From Octopus sinensis (taxonomy: Eukaryota): a stretch of DNA of 64,000 nt. A program made the translations under genes and the position numbers. Under the pieces are notes generated by a model, which made no database searches, was not told the origin of the DNA, and was given only the letters and a program-made list of their open reading frames with translations. Below are positions 26,801 to 39,349 of this stretch, piece by piece; positions within the stretch are counted from its first letter, which is position 1; the number at the start of each line of letters is the position of its first letter. The DNA is taken from positions 101,308,001-101,372,000 of the forward strand of contig NC_042999.1 of NCBI RefSeq assembly GCF_006345805.1. Direction: 5' to 3'.

Positions 26801-27395
26801 ATGACAATTACCAATGTAGATATGAGGCAACACCAGCATATTGTTATATGGATGCATATTTTCCAGGAAACTGTTTCCTGTATGAGTAACATCAAAGTAC
26901 CTCAGAATACATGGTGGAGAAGAATGTCGTTTGTCCAGTTTTAACTTCCCCTCAAAGTAACATTGAGGTTTCAATTCAAGAGGCTATCTGTAAGATTTGC
27001 AGTGTGAGCAAACATTGTCAAACATTATGTGGGTGTTTAACAAACAGGATAGCCTGTTCTTGAAAGTCATCAAAATTGGCATTCATTGCTAATCCTTTAA
27101 AAAACTTGTTCCTAGTTTCAAAAATTTCTCATCTATTCTCCTGCTGTACATACTTGGTTTAGTCTCTCAGCATCCTTTTTGTTTATGCTGCTGTTAATGT
27201 TTGTATCTCATTACTATTTGCATGAGATATTTGTCTGCATATCCTGGCCATTTGATAACACTTAGCACCTAAATATTCTCAGACTGTGAAAGCTAGCTCA
27301 ATATATCATTTTGAAGTAGATTATTGTCTTCTTGACATACCCTAGCCTATCTGTCATGTGTTCCAGAAACAGACTTATATCCTTCACGCTTACAT

Positions 27396-28580
27396 CAGAG
27401 ATCACCACACTACAGCCTGCAGGCCAGATCCAGCCTGTGAGGTCAGTTCATCTGACCTGCCGCTGACCTGTACCTATTTTGTAAATGCCTGCAATGAGAG
27501 TTCATTCCTGAAGTGATCATGTTTAACATGCATTGCCATGTTTAAACCTGTTCCAGCCTTTTCTTGAAGAAATTGATTCTGAATTCTGTGAATTGCCTTA
27601 TCACACAGCAGTGAGGTGGCTCAGCTGTGGCAAAGTTCTGTTTCATTTTTATAAGCTCTGAAGAGAAATAGATATCTTTCTCACCGAAAAGGATAGACCT
27701 GATCCACCTCTGTCAGATCCTACCTGGCTGTCGAAGTTGTTGTTTTTGATTGACATCACATCCCACATGAATGAATTGAACTTGAAACTTCAAGGAAAGG
27801 ATAACCTTATCTGTGATCTTTACAGACTCATCAAAGGATTTCTAAAAAAGCTATCACTCTTTGAAGAACAAATGGAAGGAGGAAATTTCTCTCATTTCAG
27901 TTTCAAAGAGTTTTGAAGAAGATTGTTCGTGACTTAAATAAGCAATTTTTGGAGAGATTTTCAGATCTCGACAGAATTGAGAATGACATTCTTCTGTTCC
28001 AGAAACTATTTGATTGTAACCTTGATGATGTGCCAGTTGAACTACAGTTGGAGGTCATTGATTTGCAAGCAACTGACTTGTTGAAAGAGAAGCACAGAAG
28101 AGGAAAACTTGTTGAATGTTATCGCTGCTTACCTGATGATGAGTTTTCAAAGTTGAAGAAATTTGCCTCTGGTATGGTATCAGTGTTTGGAACAACTTAT
28201 GTCTGTGAGCAAATATTTTAAAAAATGAAGTATGTGAATTCAGCACATTGAATGAGGTTGACTGATGAACATTTGAAAGCAATTCTTTTGGCTGGATGCA
28301 GCAATTCCAAAGCAAATATTGGTGATATTTTAAAAGCTAAACACCTGTTTCACAAATCTCATTAACCATTTTTGCTGCTTAGTTTGTGAGATTCAGATAT
28401 GTGTGCACTGGGTGTAATATAACTAACTTATTGCTAACATCACCTTTGATAACATTTTGGTAAATAAATATATTGGTTTGTCTTTATTTTTTGTGCATTC
28501 ACTGCAAAATTATTATGCAGCCCACGCTCATCATTCTCTCAGTTATCTGGCCCACTGTGAAAAAAGTTTGGTGACCTCTG
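27396..28580 (+). mobile_element. hAT (Charlie/SPIN-like, GTF2IRD2-type) transposon, internally deleted
   Basis: TIRs cagagatcaccacac and gtttggtgacctctg (13/15). Transposase C-half: WLSKLLFLIDITSHMNELNLKLQGK...LQLEVIDLQ...FASGMVSVFGTTYVCEQIF*KMK...RLTDEHL. Flanks gcttacat/ccctgcat match 5/8 as a possible 8-bp TSD. Confidence 0.9.
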
Positions 28581-28766
28581 CCCTGCATTTGTTTCAGTCA
28601 TTTTGCCCTGTTTTCTCTTATTCAGTTGCCCTTCACCCATTCTGTTGTTGTGCCTTTGTTGCCAACCATTCTGTTTTAATTGCACATTTTTTTGGTTGGC
28701 CCATGCTGAATTGAAAAAACTCTAATGTGGAAACATGCAGCTGAGTATATATATATATCGTACTAT

Positions 28767-30090
28767 TGTAGTATGATCAATAAGCTAAACAATATCAATA
28801 TATTACCTATCAGTGGAGGAATGAAGGGAGGTGTGGATGGAAAAGTGATGACAGGACCAGAAGCAAGGGGAAGTGATGTCATAATAAGAAGTGGGGTCTT
28901 CAAACAGTCACTTTCTTTGCTGGGGTGTTGAACACAACAGACAGGTTGAAGAAATTGTTATAGGTAAGTAGTCCTTTCTGGCTAAGCTCAGCTAGAGTGC
29001 ACATATGAGTATGACTATTGAATTTTACTGGTTCATGTGACCTTAAGTTTGGATATGCTATTGCCAATTGTATCTCAAAGTAAGAGCAACTTTATTTGTA
29101 CCTTACAAATATAAGCTATTTCAGCACACCGTGTACCTCTGTGAAAATATACTAGTTTGTTTTTTTTCTTCTTTTGCTCCTGTCTTTTCTACTGCTGACA
29201 CACAATGGCTACAAAAATTAGGATCAGTAGTGAAGTCTTGAGACCATTTGCTGGGGAAGATGATGTGGTGGCCTGGATATAAAAGGTGAAACTTGTGGTG
29301 AAGTTGCAGAGTATTAAAGATGTGGCTAGTCTTGTGTCACTTTACCTTGAGGGAAGTGCATTAAATCTGTACTTGAGATGAACAAAGCAGTTATGTGGGG
29401 GAGATCAGGAGGATAGCAGGGTTAGCAGGGTTTATTGGAGTAGTGATGTAGTAAATAGTGAGGTTGCCTTTTGTGACAAGATTCTCTGATCACATCTCAG
29501 TGCATTTGCAGCACAAATGCTGGACATCAACACAATGCTAGCAGGAGACCTGAAGGACAAAATGCAAGTGTTGACACAAAACACACACAATGCAGTGGCA
29601 ACAGTGACAGCAGATATGAGTAGGATAAAGAGGTAGGTAGCAACTAGTAACAATAGGAGCATATCAGACAGATGGCTAAGGGACCATGCTTTAGGTGTTT
29701 GGGTCCACACATGGTCAGGGAATGCATAGAACCAAAACCGGGAGTGATGTGTTACTGATGTGCACTGCTAGTTCTCCCCATTCCTGACTGAAGATGCACC
29801 AGCATTAGTTGCTTGTAATAAGGATTCTGGTGGGGGCAAGGGAAGCACGAGCTCAATAACCCTGGTGCTCAATAATCCTGGTTGCTCAATAACCCTGGTG
29901 ACTGCAAGAATGGTCGAAGGCTGAGAGGAAACACCAGCTTCAGTGCAGTGGATGACAAAGAGTCAAGTGTAGGGGCGTCTGTGAAGTGGAGGCACAAGGG
30001 ACGATGAAGAACCTGCAGTGATTGTAGTCAATGAGATGGTGGACAGTGTCGCCATAATGGTGAGATTGTGGAACAACACCATCATACAAT
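28767..30090 (+). mobile_element. Gypsy LTR retrotransposon remnant (probable 5' LTR, gag, protease)
   Basis: ATG at 29205: MATKIRISSEVLRPFAGEDDVVAWI*KVKLVVKLQSIKDVASLVSLYLEGSALNLYL..., EIRRIAGLAGF; protease-like CSITLVTARMVEG...FSAVD. The LTR limits are uncertain. Confidence 0.7.
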
Positions 30091-30984
30091 CCCAGTTTCC
30101 CACACATCAAGACCAGCCCTCACCTATTTATATCCGGGCACTGGTCTAGGATCTTGTTTCCTCTCTGAAACACAAACCCACTCACTTTGGCTCTTTCAAG
30201 CCTGAGCCCCAGCATTGTGTCTCCTTCTATAGCTTCTAGTGCAATCATTATCTCAGATATGAGAAGAGCTCTGAGAGGATTTTGTTCTTTTCTAGTTTCT
30301 GCTTTACTGCACCATTTTGCACGAATAACTGAAATTGATCAGCGTTGACCAAATATATTTCAAGGTAGCTTAACATTTAATAAATCTATAATTTTAATTA
30401 ACAAATCTATAATCAGTTTGAAAAGTTGACAGGTATTACTGTAGGCATAAAGTTGGTCATCACCATAATTTACCATATCAGACAAAAACATGCTATCCTT
30501 TGCAAAATGTAAAGCATAATTTAAAAATTTATCTACATCATTAGACTACTTAATCTTCTAGTAATTAGATAATCTCATTTAATTATTTCTAAATCTACTC
30601 ATTAATAGATTAGCATCAATTAAATCCTTCAATAAATACATTATCAATAATCTAGATAAAAACATAACAAGATTATGAATCATATAAATCAATAGATAAG
30701 TATAGAGCAATTTAAATCTGTGGATAAATAGATTAATATAATTGCAAATCTAGAAAACAAATTGACATTTGAAAATTTTACCCTGTTCCAAAAATATTTT
30801 CTATTCTATAAAAATCCTTAAACTTCTTTGTACCAAATTTTATGATTTTGCAATGAGTAACAAAACAATCTTCTAAATAAGATGCTGTGAGTACTGGACT
30901 ACTGACCATATGGTCACTAGTCCAAATCTTACAATTGTTACCTTGCTGTGGCTATGATAAAGCCACATGTCTCTCTGCATTCAT

Positions 30985-31500
30985 GGTTATAGCAGATGGG
31001 AAAAACATCAAAGAAATTAAATCAATGATTGGAAAGGCCAAGACAGTTTATGGTATGATGAAACATATATTGTCAAGTAAATGGCTATCAATAAGAATGA
31101 CAAAAAGAGTTTTTAAGATCATATATAGAGCATTGATACATATGTCTGTGTGACCTGGAACATCAAAACCTCCAAAACAAGTGCAAAAGCTTATCAATGC
31201 TGCAGAGATATAATACCTGAGAAGAATGCAGAAAGTATCAGACAAGCAAAATCCACCAGTAAAGTTTATCAACGGCATAATGAGACAAGTGGCTCAGTTC
31301 ATTAGCCACCATATTAAAAAAAAATCCTTTATCATTTGGTGACAACTAGGAAACTGAAAGAAGTTAGGGAAGTCAAAGACAGAAGATGCTTGATGGCCTT
31401 AATGGCTTCAGTAAAATCAGCCCAATAACATGCTAAGTTGTTTGATGGGGAGAGAACATGGTGATCCCAGATCAATAGTGCCTGGAGACATCAAACATGA
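30985..31500 (+). mobile_element. RTE/BovB-like LINE C-terminal remnant
   Basis: DGKNIKEIKSMIGKAKTVYGMMKHILSSKWLSIRMTKRVFK ... INAAEI*YLRRMQKVS. Confidence 0.7.
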
Positions 31501-33996
31501 ATAAAGAGGTTTCTTTCTGCATGCTCGATTTTCCGATAGAAGATATGCCTACTCCACAACCAAATACTTCCAGGAAGAACATCTCATTGTGAAACAATTA
31601 CTTCAGCAAATATATTCATTTTTTTGAAAAATCAAGAAATTTTCATAAATTTTCACAAATGAAATTACTTTCTACTACTCCAGAAATAAGTAATTTCTAA
31701 ATTAAAATCACAATTACTATCTCATGAATACATAACATCTTTGTAGCATCAATGAAAAAAAAATCTAAAATCAGTAAAGGGACATTTAAAATTATAAATT
31801 TAAAATCAGGTTTAAACAGCCTTGAAAGTAGTTAATGCAACATTACTGACTAAGTAATATAGTACAGGTTTCAAAAGAAATTTAATTAAAGTAGATAAAC
31901 CTTTAAATATATCTACTTCTAATTATCACATGTCAAATGTACAGGGAGCTATAAAGTTTTTGTTAAAACAAATATATGACTTTGTTTTCTGTTTTTTATT
32001 CCTTTATTTATGTCAAAATTGTTCTTGAGAGGATTGTATGATTGATAAATTGGTAAAGATAATAAAATTAGAAATATAGACCATATCTACTTGCAAGATA
32101 CAGACTCATGATTTATCATGCAAAATTCCTTTTCGCAAATCCCCAAATCAAATTTTTAGGTGATTGTAGAGTCAATTAAATTGATTCAGTATGTAACTGC
32201 CACTTATTATATATAATTTGGAGAAATGAACAGTAAACTGTACAGTAGCAGGCTCTGAATATAGAAACATGATGGAGGTCTCTAATATGGTGTTCTATTT
32301 ATATTCATTTATCTATCATGACAATAAAGAACAACACTATTAGCAGAAATGTGCAATGGCACTGTGATAAAATATAATAATTAAGACATTTGAATTTGAA
32401 ATCTGAGTCCTATAGTAATTAGTGCATTCTTGGTATTTACTTTATTAGCTCAAGAAAAATGAATGACTAAAATAAGTAACCAATTTTCCAAAGGATAAAA
32501 TAACAAATCCAAGCAAAAGAGTTTAAGCATTTTCAAAATGTAGTATCAAATCAAGAAACTATTTTTATCTAACAATAAACAGCCTCTAATTATCTTTGTT
32601 ATAACACAATAAAGATAAAATTCAACTTTCAACTGATTTTTATCATAATAATAACCTTGTAACAAGATAAAAATAAATATTTAATAATTATAATCAGTTG
32701 ATGCAAAAGATTTTATTTACTTTATAGAAGCCAAGACAATGTTATTATCTTTGACTTTATCATCAGTTTCCCAAGTAATTCATTATGATGTTGCAAAGCA
32801 ATGTTTATCATTGAGTTTGAGAGCGATTCAATCAAATTCAAGCTATGAGTTGAAAGTGAATACTGGAATATCCAAAAACATTAATTTACACACTTATAAT
32901 AGTTAATTCTTCAGACTTTTAATGTCAGACAATATCAGCAGGAGAAAGGAAAGACTGAAAATATGAACTTGCATAAAAACAATATACATTATCCTGAACC
33001 TGACATTTCTCTATGTCAAATTTAAACTGGCTTGTGTAATAAGCAATTTATCATGAAAGGAGATGAAAGAGCAGGTCACTGATGCAATTTGTTGATTGTG
33101 AAGTACTTCCAAGATTTTAAAACTGAAGAACATAAATGAAGTAATCTTCTATAATGCATCTGATGTCTGACATTATTATATATTGGAGACAAACTGACAG
33201 AAGGTGATGTAATAGAATGTTGACCTCATAGTCATTAGTTAAAATAGAACTACTGCTGGTGTGTTACACCTCTGAGTAATAGACATATAACTTTGCTTAC
33301 TCTAGTTTGCTTGGCAAAACCAAAACAGCTGGTTCTACTCCTTACTCTACAGTAGATTAGTTAGCTGTAGAAAAGGGCATACAGTTATAAAAAAAATCTT
33401 TTCTGCTAGTGAGCTGTTACATGGTTGATCAGCTTGTCAGACACAGGAGAAAAATTCTCAAATTACACCCTACCATTTCATATAAGGATATAGAAAGAAT
33501 GGTCATACTCGAATATCTGACCTCAAGTTGAATCACAACCTCTTTTACTAATGCACCAACAAAAGGGAGCTCCTATGAGGTATCTTAACCTGCTAGCAAT
33601 AGCAGCTATATCTCTCTCAAACCACACCCTACCATCCAGGATACAATACACACAGATAAAAAATATAGGGTTAAAAAAAAACAGGATAAAAAAGATAAGT
33701 CGGCTAGAATGCCTTTGACCACAGGTTTGCTCACTAAGGGTTGCCCCACCAGATAACCCATTCTAGCCAAACAAGTATTGAAAATGGATATAAAACAAAA
33801 TAAATGCAAGAATTTTTTTTGCAATAATATCTTAACAATAAAGACAGATTGAACAAGAACTTTATTGATGTTATGTTTCATTAATACAGTCAGAAATTCA
33901 ATACTGAGCCTTTGAATTGCCATGTACCAAATTCCTGGCTATAATATCAATTAATTTCCTTTCAACTGCAGTTGCTCTTTTTTCTCCCTGCTTTAA

Positions 33997-34229
33997 TAGT
34001 GGCTTCCCATTTTGGCACAAGGCCAGTAATTTTGATGGAGGGGTAACTTGATTACCTCAAGCCCAGTGCTCAACTGGTACTTATTTTATTGACCCCACCC
34101 AAAACAAAAGGATAAGGATGAAAGGCAAAGTCAACCTCAACAGAATCTGAACTCAGAATATAAGGATGAACAAAATGCCACTAAGTATTTCGCTCAGTGT
34201 GCTAATGATTCTGCCAGCTCGCTGCCTTA
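33997..34229 (-). mobile_element. tRNA-derived SINE family B with 14-bp TSD
   Basis: Direct repeat tctccctgctttaa at 33983-33996 and 34230-34243; body homologous to 51440-51653. Confidence 0.9.
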
Positions 34230-35243
34230 TCTCCCTGCTTTAAAATTAAGAACTCATTGAATAGTATCAACCTTCTCAAACTAAGGAAGCTGCTGTGACA
34301 TCACTCACCCTGCTAAAAATAAGTCAAATCTCCCCCAAAACATATCCCACCAACTTTAAGAAAAGGAAGGACACATTAGATAATTTAGTCCTGGAAACAA
34401 AATGATTGAAAATAAAAAGACAAGATAATCACTCCTGAAACATCTTTTGTTGGATTAGAGGTGGCCTAGAGCTAAACAACAACCAATATCTTCACAGAAA
34501 CAAGATAAATCAGAGATAGAATTTTCTCTTTACTTTTTTTCTTGAATGGGATGATGAGGAAGGTAGATGTTAACTTTGTAATGAGAAAAGGCTGTGAAAG
34601 TGATAGAGATATAAGAGGAGGTGCAATGGAAAGAAGGGAGGCAACTAAAAGACCTGAAAATAAGATCAGCTTTTAATTCTCCAAATAGAAGTCTAAGCAA
34701 GTGTAATTAGAAATTTGATTCTTAGCTGTAAGCTAGCTTATTTCATGTATCTTAATAACGTTTATGATAATGGTTTGAATGTCATGATGCTTCAAAATAA
34801 TATTTCAATATTTCAGTAAGCCAACAAACATTTTGAAGTAAACATTCAGCAAACTGAATCAGCAAACCACACTTATGGTTATCTCATGCCAGCTATTTCA
34901 TTAATGCTTTCATGACAATTATGAATGGTCCAATATCTAATAATCTGAAGCTTTGACTATTCTTAGAATTGTAATATTTCAGATATTCAGCTAATTTTTG
35001 AAGACATTTATTTGATTCCACACACACACTGCAGCACACAAGTAAGTAGACAGGCAAATAAAAAGATGCTGGAAAATGTACCATTTCAATCCTTAATTGG
35101 TTCAATTCTGGATTCAGCTCAGAACTATCACTTGATGATTGGTGATAGAATATGTCAGCAACATAACCAATCCAAAATATGGAAACAGTCCAGGATAAAT
35201 GGACATTACTTGTGTCAGGAACACACACATACCTATCTATCTA

Positions 35244-35287
<44 letters not shown>

Positions 35288-35290
<3 letters not shown>

Positions 35291-36168
35291 GAAGTCTGAT
35301 CAATAAGTGTCCTGACTGTTGCCATAGTAATGAAGCTAAAGTATGCAGAGTGAAGCTATTTGGCACAGACTGACCTTGACCTCTGCTGTGCATGTGTACT
35401 GAGTTTTAATGTTCTAGCTCACTTTCGCTGTTTACAGCAGTGTTTTGAAGTAATGTGTGTAATGTGTGATTGTCACTTTGACCATGACGGAGAGAGTTGT
35501 CATGGCGATACCTGCTCAGAGACCTATGCAGAGTTGCAGAAAATGTATGAAGAGGAGTGTATGAGCTGCACACAAGCATATGAGTAGTTCAGACGTTTCC
35601 AAGATGGTCAAAAAATGTTGAGAATGACAAATGCTCTGGGAGACCTGCAAACAGCAGAACTGAGAAAAACATCACAGATGTGCATGCAGCTGTGAGGGAA
35701 AACTGTCGAATCACCATCTGTGAGTTATCAGAGGATGTGAAGATTAGTTACAGTTCAGCTCAATCCATTATCACTAAAGATTTGGGTATGAGATGCATGT
35801 CTGCCAAGTTTGTGCCAAAACTGCTTTCAGTTTAACAAAAAGACACTCATGTTTCAGTTGATTGTGTCAAGAATGATGAAAACTTTTTGAAAACTGTGAA
35901 GGCCTCTGAGCAGGTATCACCAAGCTTTTGACAAAATTTGATGCAGATTCTCAGCTCAACTTTCTCTGCCATATTCAATGCGACAAACACATGCTACACA
36001 TGTTACTTCCAAGCACTGCTGTAAACAGCAGAAGTGAGCCAGAATAGTAAAACTTAGTGCACATGCACAGCAGAATTCAAGGTTAATCTGTGCCAAGTGG
36101 CTTCACTACACGCTTTACAGCTTCATTACTATGGCAACAGTCCGGATACTTATTGATCAGACCACGTA
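35288..36168 (+). mobile_element. Mariner-derived element with TA TSD and very long inverted ends
   Basis: Termini cacgaagtctgatcaataagt and acttattgatcagaccacgta, inserted in (TA)n. Transposase N-terminal remnant ...YEEECMSCTQAYE*FRRFQDG...DLGMRCMSAKFVPKLL...NDENFLKT. Confidence 0.9.
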
Positions 36169-36889
36169 TATATACTAAATTATTTAGTCTGGGAAACAAA
36201 ATGACTGAATATATATATATATATATATATAAATTGGTTGGATTATACATTACGATATAATCTATGAATACACCAATAAAATTCTGCCAAAACAGCAGCT
36301 GTAAATTTTAAACCCTATTTGTATTCTTTCACACACACACGCATGCGTGCTTGTGTGGGTGGGTGTATAGGCGTGTGTGACACATAATCACACACATGCA
36401 CGCACAAACATACATACACACACATAAAAGCAAACATACATACACACGTATATACACAAACACTCATACACACATACACTCATATGTACACACACAGCAG
36501 CACCAACACATTGACACATGTCACCACACATCTCCCCACCAAATGTAACTACTACTACTAACTTGTCAAAGCCACTCATCACTCTCTCACACACACACTG
36601 GCCATTTTCACACTCTCCTGCCTTCAAAAACCACTTTCTCTATCTCTCTTCACTTCCAATCACTTCATTCATATAACCACACACATGTTTTTCTCAGATT
36701 ATTCTTCTCCTTCTCTCTGAACATTTACTCTTTCCTCTCTCTGAGGAAGAGCCCTACGCAAGACATCCCACACCCTCTTTTTTCCATTTTAAACTGAGCA
36801 TCACTGTATATATTGTTTTGTTTTTATTTTTGATTCACCTATATATATACATAGTCAGTAAGACATAAATCTGAAAAAGAAAAGAACAG

Positions 36890-37680
36890 TATACAATATA
36901 AATAAAGTAAGATAAGGCCAGTTTATGGGATTGCCCTGGGTTTCACATCCATAAATGCTTATCATCAGATCCCAAAACCTGTTGGCCTCTCTAGCAAGTG
37001 GCCTTTCTAGAATAGGGAGGAGGAAAGGACCTCGCTACTCAATGATAGCAACAGGGGATTATCTCCCTTTGGCTATCGATTGCAAGTGACCCTGTTATCT
37101 TGTGGGTTCCAATAGGCCAGCAAGAATCTCCTGAAATGCAAGCATGATCCAAAGACCTCCCTCCTAGAGTTAAGGATGTTCCCTAGTTTGAGAGATTCCT
37201 TTAGAATCCTCACTCATTCCTCTATGCATAATTTACAGCACTTGGTAGGGGCCTGGATATTCTAGGATTCTCTATGATACTGTGCATGGAATCCCATTGT
37301 CTTTCAGCTACCATACATGGCTGTATAATGACATGATGTATCTCCTTACCGGTATCCTGAAGGAGGATCTGTGGTTGGAGAGGCATTGTTTGAACATGTT
37401 CACGGAGAAACCAATGTATCTCTGTGGTCGGATGTTGGCAGTGCTGTGTCTATTGGTGTTGGCATTGCTGCTACCACTGTTGCTGCTACTGCTGTTGTTG
37501 GTACAGGCGCTGATGGTGTTGGCGTCATTGGAGGTAGTGATGGTGTTGGTACCATCACTACTGGTGTTGTAATGGTGTGGTTGTTGTTAGAGTCATCATC
37601 ATTGATGGAGGCGCTGTCACTGCTGTTACAGATGTCATTTATCTGATGGGTTACTTTATACTTTTGTAGAGTACAAATTT
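36890..37680 (-). mobile_element. Penelope-like element 3' part (GIY-YIG endonuclease remnant plus 3' UTR/pLTR)
   Basis: Minus strand RYIGFSVNMFKQCLSNHRSSFRIP...SLYSHVW*LKDNG...CKLCIEE...LNSRREVFGSCLHFRRFLL, the PLE YIG...NH...F...C.LC..E...LN.R.E...C.H pattern. Confidence 0.8.
36916..36987 (-). ncRNA. Degenerate type I minimal hammerhead ribozyme
   Basis: GGCCA..GUUUUGGGAU-CUGAUGA-[UAAGCAUUUAUGGAUGU]-GAAA-CCC-A-GGG-CA-AUCCCAUAAACUGGCC. Core boxes are intact and stem I is long; stem II is weak and the cleavage triplet is altered. Confidence 0.55.
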
Positions 37681-37829
37681 ATTATTCTTATACAGGAATT
37701 TTGTTGATAGTGACTTCAAAGTTTCAGCCAGCTAAGCCATTGTCAGATTGTGATGCATTAGAGTTTACTATAAAATCCTAATTACCACCCAACTTAAACA
37801 TGCACAACCAAAGATGGTTTTTAACTCAA

Positions 37830-37976
37830 CAGTGACTAAATACACACACTCACACACACAGATAGATATGTGTATACATACACATACATAATTACATATA
37901 TGTGTGTGTGTGTGTGTGTGTACACATATATACGCATATAAACACATATACATATATACACATATACATGTGTGTG

Positions 37977-38008
<32 letters not shown>

Positions 38009-38105
38009 TATATATACATATACACACACACATGCACATATATACATATTCAACCCATACCAGCATGGAGAAGGGATATGTGATGATGATGATGATGATG
38101 ACAAT
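37830..38105. repeat. Compound (CA)/(TA)/(TG)/(GAT) microsatellite
   Basis: Directly visible. Confidence 0.95.
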
Positions 38106-38555
38106 GATGATATTCAAATTATGCAATACAAGCAACTCTAGAGAAAAATCTTTGTCTATATAACATATTTAATTTATGTATATAATTGTAAAAACAGAAA
38201 CTACAGTTTTTCACCCAACAAGAATCTTTTATAAACACATTGTGTTAAAAAAAAACACAATATACTTCAGACATATACTTAAGAGCTAGATGAAATAAAA
38301 TTTCCCCAGAAGCAACAACAAGAGTGACATAAATATTTCACCGTTGCATCTTAATAATGTCACATACTCTCGGTCATTTCCAGAGCAATTCCATTCTGCC
38401 TAACTCTGAATTATATTGTGATTTTTAACACAATACATCTATAAAGGGAATTTTCAAGATGTAAAACTGCAGCTCTTAACTATTCAAAGAAACATATACA
38501 TTAAGTGTGTTGTAGAGATAAATATATCTATCATCAGCATCATTATTTAACATAC

Positions 38556-38710
38556 ATTTTCCATGCTGGCACTGGTTGGATGGTTTGACAGGAGGTGGTA
38601 AGGCCAGGGGCCATGACAGGGTCCACGCCAGGCTCCACTGTCTGTTCTGGTATGGTTTTTACAGCTGGATCCTTTTTCCTAACACCAACCATTTTACAGA
38701 CTGCACTGGA

Positions 38711-38712
<2 letters not shown>
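38556..38712 (-). mobile_element. SINE-like element with RTE-type (GAT)n tail
   Basis: ttttccatgctggcactggttggatggtttgac...cctaacaccaacc; plus-strand relatives at 44510-44722, 54818-55030, 20050-20180, 45060-45200 and 59820-59915. Confidence 0.7.
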
Positions 38713-38749
<37 letters not shown>

Positions 38750-38891
38750 TATTTGTATATCTATATATATATGCATATGAATGTCTGTGTGTGTATACAA
38801 GTGTGTGTATACACGGTGTATAACGGCGGTGCATCAGCATGGCCGCAGCTCTGAGCTGAAACTAGAAAAAAAAAAAAAGTGTGTATATATA

Positions 38892-39302
38892 TTCTTTTAC
38901 TCTTTTACTTGTTTCAGTCATTTGACTGTGGCCATGCTGGAGCACCGCCTTTAGTCGAGCAAATCGACCCCGGGACTTATTCTTTATAAGCCCAGTACTT
39001 ATTCTATCGGTCTCTTTTGCCGAACCGCTAAGTGACGGGGACGTAAACACACACCAGCATCGGTTGTCAAGCAATGCTAGGGGGACAAACACAGACACAC
39101 AAACACAGACACACATACATATATATATATATACATATATACGACAGGCTTCTTTCAGTTTCCGTCTACCAAATCCACTCACAAGGCTTTGGTCGGCCCG
39201 AGGCTATAGTAGAAGACACTTGCCCAAGATGCCACGCAGTGGGATTGAACCCAGAACCATGTGGTTGGTTAGCAAGCTACTTACCACACAGCCACTCCTG
39301 TG

Positions 39303-39305
<3 letters not shown>
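38892..39305 (-). mobile_element. SINE family A, young full-length copy
   Basis: CpG-rich, intact ctcttttactcttttac tail, central TA/CA microsatellite, head at 39305. Confidence 0.95.
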
Positions 39306-39349
<44 letters not shown>

